A DNA stretch of 64,000 bases from Botryllus schlosseri (lineage: Eukaryota), in assembly GCA_051294905.1 (NCBI GenBank), contig CM119372.1, positions 35,094,001 through 35,158,000 on the forward strand. Direction: 5' to 3'. The position numbers and the translations under genes are program-made. The notes beneath the pieces were generated by a model, which ran no database searches, had not been told where the DNA came from, and was given only the letters and a program-made list of their open reading frames with translations. How positions within the stretch are numbered: position 1 is the stretch's first letter; each line of letters begins with the position of its first letter. Shown one piece after another: positions 1 through 12,900 of the stretch.

Positions 1-249
1 GTCAAGAAGTGCAATAAAATCAATATGGTCGAAAAAATACCAATATATATTTAATGTGACGAATGACAGGCATTTTGTACTTTGTGATGGCATAAAAGGT
101 ACATATTTAAACTTTGACATAGTACATTATGTTCTGTCGTTATAATGAGTGATATTCGAATACTCGAGTCGAAGCGTAATACATGATTCAAAATCGAATC
201 ACTCAGGTAATCGATTTTGCCCAGCCCAAGTCGTGCCGTACGCGTGACA

Positions 250-980
250 ATACAATTCATGACAAGCAGGTCAAAATTCGTAATAGCTTGTATCAATCAA
301 ATGCTAATATCACGGAGATTTCGAAAATACGGATATTGACAATCGTAGAGCACTGGAATTCGTCAAAATTGCCAAGGAATGTGAAATTCGGATTTATTAC
401 ATACAATGTCAGCGCAGAGAAACAATAGTCAGGTGAAGCACAGTCAAATATGCCTCACTCACTATTCGCTTACAATCGAACAATCGTAGCTCACTGCAAA
501 GCCTATCGATTTCCGAAACCGACAGTACGGTACTGTATCAATTGTGTAGTAGCGACGGCCAATACTTTATGCTGAGCAAATACATTCCTTTACTGATGTA
601 GCTGTTATGTATTTTCCATCAATACCTACCTTAAGTTGTTGTATGTGATAGCTACTCACATAGCCTGCGTTGTCGTAGTTTGTTGCCTTTACAGTGTTTT
701 CAACCGCAATAGTCATTTACAATAGGTCGATATCCCATGCTAAGAAGCCATATCTGCCGACTTGTAGCACGGCCCACTTCTAGGCTTTCGTAAGATAACG
801 CTTACAGGGATCAGACAGCGATGAGCAGCTTAGTTATAGCCGGTGTGCCAAGATGGCTAATGCGATAAGAAACAGGTCGCCAACTCAATCGGCTAACTTT
901 GTAGATGTGATATATTTGCGAATCTTATTCTAAGAATATCTGCTTTCCCAAGCATGAATCCAACCCTGATTTTCCACAGT
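250..980. repeat. Dispersed repeat; diverged homolog at ~43490-44650 (there interrupted by the 44123-44564 MITE)
   Basis: Collinear shared blocks: gtatcaatcaaatgcta, cactattcgct-acaatcg-acaatcgtagc, caatagtcatttaca, ccatatctgccgacttgtagcacg, gataagaaacagg-cgccaa, cacgaatc-aaccctg. Confidence 0.8.
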
Positions 981-3900
981 CTGAAAGATATTTTTAACCA
1001 TTTAAGTTCAATCTTAGTAGCTGACAAATTAAGTTTAGCTGATACAGTGTCAGGCAAATGACATTACAGAACATAAACCAGAAATTAGAACATTACCGTT
1101 TTTTCTTTCATCCTTTTCGTTGAGAATTCCGTATTAAATAATTGTATATTTCGCGAACGGAAAAATTGAATTGTTGAATTGCAACAGTCAACCGTGTTCG
1201 GAGAAAATGGTCTCGCTTACGCGCTTTCTCGTGATGCTGTTGTTATTATTCACTTCTCTGTGTATCAACATCAGGTACTTTTCATGTTTGCGTTGTTGGA
1301 GGGGGGGTTAGTGCCTCACCAGCCATGAACCTCATCGCACGTCACTGCCTTGCACTATCGCGCGCCACTTCATTGCAATTTCAGATGTCATTCTTTATTT
1401 GTAGGAGATCGTGGATAAAAAAAAAACAATAATTGTATGTTTCAAACAAGGACATGTTTTCAATATTTTTACTTTGAATTGATTTTTACTTCAAATCCAG
1501 CCGTAACGCCATCGCACTTTCATCGTTTTCGTTGTACGTACCATGCGTTTAAAGGAGTCCACGTAACTTGCGGCTAATATGTGCCACCGAATATTTAGTC
1601 AATCCATTGTTTGATTGATTGTTTGGTTATTTAAAAATATCGATGTCGCATAACAAGGATCATTTGCGTATAGCGTTGGTGACGACGCAACTTTGACTTT
1701 GAAGACCCAAGCCAAAATGCGCATGATCATATGTTTAATGCTACCATGACCAAGTTTGCTGTTCTTTTTATTAATATTGTAGTTTAATGTTGATAGTGCG
1801 CTGAGTCATTTTACTGCACTTAATGAAGAATTTTTTTTTTATGGATCCGGATCTGTCGACTTATTGCATGGTATCCCTTATTGCAGTTTTAAGACACCGC
1901 ATATTTATTGGGATAGGATGGCAAAGAGAAGCTTTCAAGCATTGCAAGGTTTTGTGTGGAGTATTAGAATAATAATATGTCAATAAATCGTTTCGATTGC
2001 AGCAGTGATTGAGTACCTGGGTTATACTTAATTGTACGGTATCCGAGCTGATTTGCGTGGCTCAACTTCAATTAAAGCCTTGGTATATACACCAAAACGC
2101 GGAACAGGTGGCAAGAACAAGCAACCAAAAGCTGTGAATACTTGGGTAGTAATTCTGGAGTCGAACTCGGTCGGCTCGGAATAACGCCAACTCATTGGTT
2201 ATGCAGCCATGAAGCGGGCAATGGCAGTAATCGCTGCCGTTGACAATTTTTTGAGTTGCTAATAGCATTCATTCCGTTATCAAAATCGCTAGATAACTAT
2301 AATTATCACCTAAACGACACATGCTGTTATTTCGTGTTGTACTCTTTTTAGACTTGCTGTTTACCACGTCTAAATGGCATAACCGAATCGATGCATTACT
2401 ATAATTATGTCATTATCCACCACACGTCCGGTCGTTTATGATCCACCATAAACAGGCGATTTCGTTACCGTGTGATATCCGCTATTGAATAATATTGCAT
2501 CATCTAACAATAGAATGGGGTTTTATTCACCATCGACGTGGCATAATAGCGTATATCTGTACGGTCTGCGACGTATATTGCGTCGGTGTTTGAGAGCGTA
2601 TGCTATATAAGATTGAAATTACGAAAAAGTCGTGGTGAGGGGTCACTCAGAAATATATATGTAAACGGGAGGTATTGGCATACCGAATGCGATTGTTATG
2701 ATGCAACTGCACCAATGTGGAAAACTCATATTCTAATTGACGTGCAAAATTGCAAGGTTATCATATACAATAAAGTTATGGGAAATTCGGTACTTGCCTC
2801 CTGAAAATGCTGGAACCCGGACATGATACAGTCGAAATCACATGCCATGCAATAATCGCAACCTTCTTAGTGCATTATTGAACGCTTAGCCCTATTAATA
2901 TTCAGTATCAAATCAATACCGAACTTGCATTTCATCTGTACAGAAGTACAGCATTAGTATAACAATCACAATATCAATCATTGTCGAGTCGATTATGTTC
3001 TTCTTGAGGAGTATTAATTCGCTGTTCGGGTACGAGTGTCGTGTCAGTTTACTGCGCAGGAGCAAGGTGAGGAGCAGAAGAGAGTATCGATGAGATATAA
3101 ACGGAAATAGGATGGTAAATAGGGTTTTTGAGTCAACACTTAGTATCATGAAACAAGCTTTTCTGCGAGAATGTAGCTTTGAGAGCTAACATGAATACTA
3201 TATTTGTCTATTTCATTGAAATAGAGCCCTAATGAAGTATTCGTTCCGTTCATCGTAACGCCGTTACAATGATACTGCTCGTTGTACACGAGTCGAGCCT
3301 ATCACCTATATTCCAGGAACAATGTCGTCATGCTGCGCTAATCGCGACATATTGTCTACTTTCGGAACTCGAGTAATATGAGGACCGTTTGTGCTCCCAA
3401 TTTTACCTGATGCAGTTCCGACTAATCTGCATCTAGATTTGAGTGAGCTAAACGTTAGCAACACTTAAATTACCACTACCATAACAAATATCCTATTTTC
3501 GAGAAACACCAGAAAATACTATAGGGTTGTAAAACGCTGATTTTTGTAACATTCAAGACAGCCTTTCTCAGAATCAAGTAATATTGCGAATTGTGGAATT
3601 TGTATATATTTGAAAAACCTTTAGCCATATTCACAAATACTCCAGCATACGCAGAGACGTGTGATATCATAATAGCAGAAGTTTTTACATGTATTCTGAT
3701 GCGTTCGCAAACATAAATCTCATCTGGTTTAGTTTGGTCGTCGAATGTGCTCAGCCTTCAAGACAAAATGTGAGCAGGTCAAACCAAATCCATATCTACT
3801 TATCCATGGGAACACTCGGTCTCGAATGTCATCAATAATTTTCCGCCGGTCGCAGATATGCATCTTGTAATTTAGAATGTAAGTCCTCCGATTAACAGCC

Positions 3901-6787
3901 GAATACTGCTGTCTTTCCGACGTGATTTGCTACTTAAAACTAGTTACTTGACCCTTTTCACAATATGCATTTTGTATTCCCGCCAATTAGAAATTGCTAT
4001 TGTTACTTGATATTCAGAATAAATTAGCGGCAATACCTTCAATTCTGATTAGGGGGCATTGCTGACCACTTTCAACACCTATGTTCTAAACCTAATCCCA
4101 GCTAAAATTCAAGCTAACAAAGAGCCCAACCCCTGCTCTTACCTATTATAATTATTCTTATCAATTGTAAAAGTGAGACAATGCGGAGATAATCCCTTTA
4201 TCGTCAGCTATAAACGATGACTCGCGTGTTGTCCTGCGACGTCCAATGAAATGTAACTATTTGTATTGATCTATGACAGTGTTTCCCGTACAGATAAAAA
4301 CAGCCACTGATCTATAGCAATAGATTATGAAACTGCGGATAGATGCCACACACGTTATTCCATGATTGGTCATCTGAATACGACCAGCAATTTTTGGTCG
4401 CTTTCTAAATAGGTGGTGAGGCAATCTTGAAGCTGGCGACTGGAAAGATTTTTTTTTTAAATCAGTCTCACACAAAAGCTACTATCGCTCTGAATCCGGA
4501 AATATAAATTACAAGGTGATTAGGGCACGGCAGACCCCGAATTCACTGTTAAACTCGGAAATTAGAATTGTTTCGAACAATCGAAACGCTAAACAGACAT
4601 TTTGACTTCACTGAGAGTCTTGTCGAAACGCCGCTCCGATTATGCGTCACATGACAATTCATGGACCTTGCGGACGATTCGCAAGGTGTTTCATTGTCCC
4701 GATTCGCATAAAATGTATATTTCCGAAATTACATTTTACCGTTTAAGAGCAATTCCATTGAATTTTTGACTCGGTCACTAGCTATAGTATTACCCGGCTC
4801 GGAACTGTCCCTCAGTGGACCGCAGATGTCATTAATACAGAGTGCAGCTTTTCTTAAGCAATGAGCATGTTGATCAATTTCGAGTCGAATATGTGCTTCA
4901 TGGAGGCTTCTGATATACCATACGGCAGGGACGGGCTACATACGGCCCGCGACGGCATTTTGAGCGCCCGGAGGGAGTTTCCACCCTGAAAGTAAAATTC
5001 TATTCTGAACGAATTGACATTTATTTTTCGCGTCGCAGAAAGAATCCAAGATTGCCAACCTGAAAAAAAGGTCATAAAACTATTTGTCTTGTTAGGGTTG
5101 ATATACATTTGCGAGGAAATATTTTCGATCATGGACAATACCAAGACAAGACTGCGTTCCAATACAACTGAAGTTCACGTGCAGTGCTAACAAATAGTTT
5201 TTACATACGACATGGATCCAGAAAACTTGCTGGAAATTTTGATCGACCACAGATGTCTGATTGACTTCAACATCTATTGAAGTACATTAGGGTAATAATT
5301 TCATTAAATACTGTTTTTGGTATCTATGAAGTTTACATTGAATACGATATACTCCTTGTATATGTGAATAAATATGTGCGATTCATGTAACAATTATGCA
5401 AACCCGGCGCGCCAAGTAGGCTACTTTATTTCCCCATGTTAGGGCCGCCGACCGGAGACGCTGCCCGCCAATGCCGTACGAGGTTGAGAGTCGTTTTAGG
5501 TTGCGAGTAGCAGACGTGATATAGATGAAGGCTTGATTCGGATTTGTAAGTTGGATGGGGTTTGGAAGTGTTTTCAGGAAGCAATACCGCACGAATGTAA
5601 CTTTGAGCGCTTAGATAAACGAATATTACCAGTTTCATGGGGATGATATGATTGTAGGGTTCTGGTTTAAATCAGGTTTTTCGTCGAATTTTGATTTTAT
5701 TTTTACCATTTTGATTTTATTAATTATTTTGTTTTTTTCAAATTTTCGGACGAGATGCGTGAATGTGGTTTATTATCGGACAATCATGAGATAGCATCTC
5801 GTCACCAGCACCGGTATAGTTCAGCTATTTGACAGACAAACGGGAAAAGAGCAAAGAGCGTTAGTCAATCAATATGTTAGCGTTCTGCTGTGGATACTAG
5901 TTAGTTGTCTGTGACATGTTGCTGCTATTTCCGAGGCACTGGTGGGATACCACAAACGCAGCGCAATCCGCAGTCTTTATCGAATTCGAAAGATTCCCTC
6001 ATCTCTGATCTAGTTTGCTGGCAGAAACCACTTCATCGATCAAGATGAAGATGCAACTATTGTGGATGGTCCCGATTTGACTCAACATGTTTCCTCGCTA
6101 CTAGAACAGATCAGTAATGATTCGGGCGACTCATCATTAACGCATAGGTTGAACGTTTTCAGCTATCTGGATGATGATTTACAGCCCCACATTGTATCAG
6201 TTTAAGCGTAATCCTTCATTGACATGGTAGTCATTCATCCCATTTTCTTTTGTTCGTGTTGTTGTTATTATGAGTAAAAAAACAAAAAAATCAAAAAAAT
6301 CATGATTTGAATTATTTAATTGATTAAAATCGATTTTAATCAAGGGCAAAATGATTTAAACCAGAACCCTATATGATAGCAGCTGACTACAGCAATATCG
6401 AGTTTACGAGATTTCAGAAGAAAAAAAAACACGTCAGGGCAAATGTTATGAAATCGGTAGCGTGTAGGCAATGACTTGTAGTTGACTTGACAAATCCGTG
6501 CATTGCTTATTTCTATTGATAGATCTTGATTTTCGAGTATCAAAGTGAAAATCCTAAACATGTTCATTTCTTAAAAAGGGTTGAGTAATAATTTCGTTTT
6601 CGTTAGGAGCACATAGAATGTCTCCGAAATCTCCACAGGAACACTGTATAGTGCGAATTATTCACGGAGTCAGCACTTCACGAGTTGCAAAATTAGGTCA
6701 GAGCACAATTATGATTGCAGATTTTTCTATTCGGTGATGTCCTGTATTGGCTGTTCATCGCGAATTATATTTGGTTTTACGCCGCAG

Positions 6788-6952
6788 ATGAATTACACTA
6801 CAGAGCCATCTTCTTTTATTCCTACTGATGCTGTCACTGATGTTGCACCGTCTTGGAAAAGACACGCCCTGATAACCTACTTGCTGTTCGTTTCAGTTCC
6901 AGGAATCGTTCTGAATGGAACAATCGTGTTCGCTCACATGAGGAAATACGAC
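6788..6952 (+). CDS. Opsin exon 1 (N-terminus with N-glycosylation site NYT, TM1)
   Basis: MNYTTEPSS...LITYLLFVSVPGIVLNGTIVFAHMRKYD; donor gtgggt at 6953, phase 0 fits exon 2. Confidence 0.8.
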
Positions 6953-9900
6953 GTGGGTATCATAATGTATTGTCGATTACTCGAGTTATCGTCAGTGCTC
7001 GGATTCGCCCGGTTCGAATCTACAGTACTCGATCACTAAATATTACGAGATGAGCAAACCGGTTCTATGCGATCAAACCGAAACACGAAAATATTGAATT
7101 CAACCTCTGGCAATAGTTAGCCTACTTGACGGTATAGTTTGTTTTGACATGTTTTGAAAAGGGAGGTGTTTTCGTTACCTCTTGAAATATGCATTTTCAC
7201 CCTTTTAAGGCGTCCAATATCCAGCGATATCCTTTGCATGGGACGTCAATGGAGTATGGACTAGAATCGGACGGAAGTAGGCCTATTGCAATGCATCAAT
7301 AAAATAACAGCAGCATACCAATAACAATTTGAAAAAATTGGTAACTCGATCTCAAGGGCGTTAGGAAGTAATATTCTTTCTTAACATGGTCATTCAGTCT
7401 ATAAGAGTAGATATTTTGTCTTAAGTTGAGGTAAAAATATGAGAATTAGAGAGTTACTCATTCGCAAACATTTCGCCAAGGTACAACAAAATGCGAAAGA
7501 AAATCAGATCAACTGGCCCTTCAGATTCCGGTAGATCTCGTGATTAGGCCTACATTGTTGTTTGTACATGAAATGCAAATCACATTTGGAGATATACTCA
7601 CACAATAGAAAATGAACATTGGACCGTTACCGAACAATGTTCGAATATTCATATTTATAACAAGGTTAAGCATAAGCCTCACTCACGTGACGACGTTTTT
7701 TTACAATATATTTTCAGCCAACCAGTCGGAACAAAAAACCTATGACGTTGCTTATCATCAATCTCTGCATTGCCAACTTACTCAGTGCCATGGTGAGCGT
7801 CATCATGATTGTGCCCATCAACACGGGAACTTTCGAGACGACTGATCTCACCTGTCAAATTTTCGTCCTTATTCAAGGCGTCCTAGGTAAGTTGGCCGAA
7901 TGCTGACTTTGTTTTCTGAATACCCAATAATTCCCAGGTCGATAAGCATTCAATATATGGAAAGATAACGTATTAAGCCAAAATCAATTTGAAGGCATTC
8001 ACTGTTACCAACATGCTTAAATACCGCTTGTATTTCTCTCTTACCAGAAAGAGCTCTGATTTCTACGCAGAGAGCAACGAAGTACTATACGTTTTCGAGA
8101 TAAAACGTTCCTACGTAGAATTGTCCATGTATGTATATTATATATTATGGAATATGACACTCATCGGCAATGGCGTTGTGCACCAAACCTGGCCGCTATG
8201 AGTCTATATTTTGGATTGATCCATTATAGCAGCCTGTTCGTTAGCAATACGTATTCACTTGCTGTTAGACCATATATAGGGATACTATGTCTAAGGGCCC
8301 ATTGGTCCGTTGTACTATATTCTGCAAATAGTACCGCAGTTAGTTTTGACTTGTTTGCTTCTAAACGGGAAGGTCAGTAACAAAGCCCTACATCGCCCAG
8401 ACATTGCTTCATTGATCATTTGCTACCATTGTTTGATTTTTTTTCTATTTTCCTTTCTTAACTAAACATTTTTTTACAGCCAGACTGTTCAGAGTCAAGT
8501 GTACCTGTTTGATGCTGGTGTGATCAGACTAGATGACCTTCACGGTCTCATCGATCATTCCTATCTAATACCGGATACTGTGCATGCATATTTTCTGTAC
8601 CACCATCACTGCCGGTTGTTATGTATTTTGGTTCGATGAAAATAAAGACTCTCTCTCTCTCTCAGTAACAAAGTGTACTGCCTACTTGAGTCGGTTTTTT
8701 ATTATGCTTGCCCTACTTAGGCTACATGGTTATATTGTTATAGTACTTCAACTTCTACTCGAACTTTTTCTAGGAATACTTACGTATTTATTTTACATTT
8801 CGAGTGTTACGAAGTAGATATCAGTTTTGGATGAGTTAGCATCCCCGAAATAGCTAAAACTTGTCATTATAGAACCGTTTGAAATTGACACAGTATCGCC
8901 GTAACTGACTGAATATCTTCTCTAACACTTTACCTAATTGGAACAAATAAAGTAATCAGTAATCTGAGGTAGTCACGAGAATACATGTTTAATTTTAAAC
9001 CAACATATGACTACCTATCGAAGTAGCCTTCAAACAGTTGATTGTCTGCTGACATGTGACGTAATTTTGAAATGTCTTGAAAATGGACACTGCTAGTTAC
9101 AAATCAGTTGTTTTCGACAACGTTGGTTTTATTTTAGTTTTCAGTTGGATTTCTTCTCTTGCTCTCATCGTGATAGGAAATTCCAATTCAACGTATTTGG
9201 ACAGGGCATGTTAAGAATAGAATAAAAGTCTGCTATTCTGCGAAACTTTTCACAATGTAGACCTAAGATTCTGAACTGAGGCTTTAAAAACCGCATACAC
9301 CCCAAATGTAGCTTCCTTGCATCTCTCACTCATGCAATTATCTCGAAGCGAAGATAAGCCAGTCTATTCTGATGAAATTTAGGATGAGAGCAATTTTTGA
9401 TAGAATGAACAGGCTGAAAATTAAAATAAAAAATCGTTAGGCCGATGGAAACCTCACGCAGCTACGGCTTACTGCATCCTCTGCAATTTTTATTCGTTTT
9501 ACAAGCTTTCTAGGGCTCAAAGCGAACGGACAGTGGAACAATAAATTGATTTGGATGATTTTTCATGTTACTGTTGCTATTTTGTTGGAGCACGCTTTCA
9601 TGTTTATTGAGTATTCTAATGTGGCTCCATACGGACTCGGAAGTTTTTTTGTTCACACAACATAAAAGTTTGCGAACCACTAATGTCGAACTTTTTAAGG
9701 TTAATTCGTGAAAAATATTGAGATGCCGAAAACGAAAGTGTACACGATTTCTACATGGCATGCCCTGATTGTTTAATATTCGAAATTATTCGAATGACTG
9801 AATCATTTTGTCCACGCATATCGTATATTCCAGGTGGGACTTGCTTATTCTCGATGGTTGCATTGTCTGTCGCACACTACATAATTATATGCAGGAATAT

Positions 9901-12900
9901 GCAGATTGAATTTTCACAAATGAGTGCTTTTGCAGGTATGCATTCACCGCATGGTAAATTCGTGGTTCTTATTCGGAGAAAATTTAGGATCCATAAAAGT
10001 GTATGCCTAATATATTTTGTGTCGGCTTCCCAGCATCCCAGCTTCATGCAGGTTTTGCAATATCTGAATCGCTATTGCCTTCCTCAAACTCCTCCTTAGT
10101 GGGGACAATCTGAAATAGAGCAGAATTCATTTCATAAAACAACAATAAGTAGGATATGTTTCAACAAGTTTTCTAACATATTTTTTTCGCACTTCGTATC
10201 ACTCCAGTTCTTCGAGCAAATATTGCAATCCATATATGTCCAGACAAAGGATATTACACTATAGGGTTTGTTTATTTGTGCATGGTATTCATGGTGTTTG
10301 TCGACTACTATGGTCATTTACACCAGGCCGATGTTATGCATTATTTTCCGTAACTGCCAACTTATAGCACGGCCCACCTTTAGGCTTTTTGTAAGACACC
10401 GCTGACGCTGATGTGGTGGCGTGGAGGAGCCGAGGTAAACCTCGGTCGGACTCGAACCCACACCTATTGGTGTTGCAGCCGCGAATTATACCACTGCGCT
10501 ATCTCGCCACATTATACTAGAGTTACCATACGTCCTCTTTTAAGAGGATTTGTCCTCTTTTGTGACTTTTTTTCAAGTGTCTCGGAAGACCAAATGTCCT
10601 CTTTTTGAAATTTTGTCCTGTTTTTCGAGAATTTTTGTCAAATTGACGGCAAAATTCGACTGAGATGCCGTAAATTAGCACCGAAGTAACGCCCCGGCGG
10701 GTAGTTCGGGCGCTGAGCCGGGAAGTCTACCTGTTTTTAATCTACCACAGGGGTCACCAACACGTGACCCGCGAGCTGATTTGAGATTTAAGAAGAAAAC
10801 TAAGAAAACCAATTTGAAATGCTGAAATTGACTACAGTTTCAACATGTTGCTGTTGTTGTTTCAAAATAAGCTATTCTCTTGTGCCCAATGTCACTATTC
10901 GTCACTACCAAATACGGCTGTTGTGATGGCAACAACATTCCATCGAGGGAGAATCAGCTGATATGAAAGGGCATACTGTCTTGACTTGCAATGGCCCAAA
11001 CACTGCCATGATCGAGACGCTTAGAAAACGGCTTAGGGCAGTGGTCCTAAAACTGGGGAGCGCGCGCCCCTCGTTGGGGCGCGAAAGCATCAGAAAGGGA
11101 GGCGGAGATGCGCTCAACTGAAAAAAAAGTTCTCCGGTTTTAGGAACCACTGCCCTAAGCCGTTTTCCAAGCATCTCGGTCTTGGCAGTGTTTGGGCCAA
11201 TGCAAGTCAAAACAGTATATGCCCATTCATATCAGCTGATTCTTCCTCGATCGAATGTTATTGCTCTGTGTATAGTCCGGAATTCATCTTAGGGAATTCT
11301 CTTATCAACAGTTTTAGGAACCACTGCCCTAAGCCGTTTTCCAAGCATCTCAGTCTTGGCAGTGTTTGGGCCAATGCAAGTCAAAACAGTATATGCCCAT
11401 TCATATCAGCTGATTCTCCCTCGATCGAATGTTATTGCTCTGTGTATAGTCCGGAATTCATCTTAGAGAATTCTCTTATCAACAGTCATAACCTTCCATG
11501 CCATCAAACTAGACGTTGGGATTGCTAGCATTCTGGTTGCATTCTGTGATTGATGGGATGACGATTTTTGAGTATCATAATTGGGGGCGTGTCTAAAAAA
11601 GTTTGAGAGCCACTGGCTTCGAGTTTCCCCACAAGATCAAGCTTTGCGTGAAGATGGTGTTTCGGCTAGCCATGTATCTCGATAGTCCCAATATCGATTT
11701 CTTAGTCGCTGAAAATCGTTTCCAGGTATCGTTCACAGCTCACAGTTCAAAATAAAATAAAATTGATGAAACTGATCTTTTGTTGTATTTGTAATCCTTT
11801 ATTAAAATATTGTTTCTTGTAAGGTCAATATGCCCATCGTCTATGTTAGGTAGCTCACCGTCGTACTGACGTAGAGTTTTAGAACGTTGCTGCATATTTT
11901 TCATCGATATCGAATTCATGCGGCCCGCGGCCTCTGCGAAATTTGAAAAGTGGCCCGCAACCCGTTGAGTTGGCGACCCCTGGTCTACCACCTGATAATG
12001 TGAAGGAAAAACAGTAATCCGGGCACTGAGCGAGAAATTTTTTTTTTTTAGTCAACCGAACACGAAGTAAAAACAATTTACCAATTTTTCATGATTTTTC
12101 TCCGGTTTTGCAAGTCTCAAAATTCTGAAAAAGTATCCTATTTTCAAATTTCCAAAATATGGTAACCCTATATTATACGAGGAAAAAGATGAAAAATTTG
12201 CATAGTTATCAGGATTAAGTTCAATCTGTCTAGAAATTGTGATAGATCGGTATATGGCAATATAGTGCAGTGTTAAACCGTTTAAATCTGTTGAGCTGCT
12301 TTAGTGTAGGAGAGTGAGGCTTTCAGGTGTGGAATTATTGGGCAACGAAAATATTTCGGCGACCGATTACGCGCCGGTGCACACCACGGCCTGAGAGGAT
12401 TCGGTTAACATGTCACCACGCAGAGACCGGTGTCCAAAATCCGGCGCCTATAAAACCAAATAAGGCCGACGCATGTTGAACGAAACATTCACTTGCGGTC
12501 TCTTAAAACTACTTAGCGGTCACCCAAACCAAACTGGAGCTCTTTAATCACTTCCTACATGGATTCATGTTTAATTCTCCGAGCTGACTCCTACCGCCCA
12601 TCAACTTATTGATGATCACTCGTTATGGTTGGTACGTATACACGAGTTGTGAGGTGACCTCAGAATTGGTCCAACGGGCGAATTACCTCCTATTTATTGA
12701 AAAAAAGAGGACAAATCCTCCTAAAAGAGGACGTACGGTAACCCTCAATAAAGCCTCTCATGAGTTGTGTTGATCACAATTAAGAGGCAACACTGCCGTT
12801 TTATTACGGGGATGGGATGATAAAGTGTTACGTTTGCGTTACTCAATCATGTAGATAGCCTTTTGCTATGGCCTTCACAGGCAAAACTAGTGCCATGAAT

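Larger units (their letters stand above)
10518..12170 (+). mobile_element. Non-autonomous hAT-type element (TAGGGTTACCATA family) hosting two nested insertions, in opsin intron 3
   Basis: TIRs tagagttaccata / tatggtaacccta; 8-bp TSD cattatac/tattatac; homologous to 44123-44564 and 47038-47414. Confidence 0.8.

Noticed and set aside
1207..1274. Signal-peptide-like mini-exon (MVSLTRFLVMLLLLF...)
   Set aside because: Lies in repeat-like sequence, has a weak donor and I found no downstream exons.
10435..10510. Possible tRNA-Cys(GCA) gene on the minus strand
   Set aside because: A and B boxes are present, but the acceptor stem does not pair and it is fused to a dispersed repeat body; treated as a SINE head.
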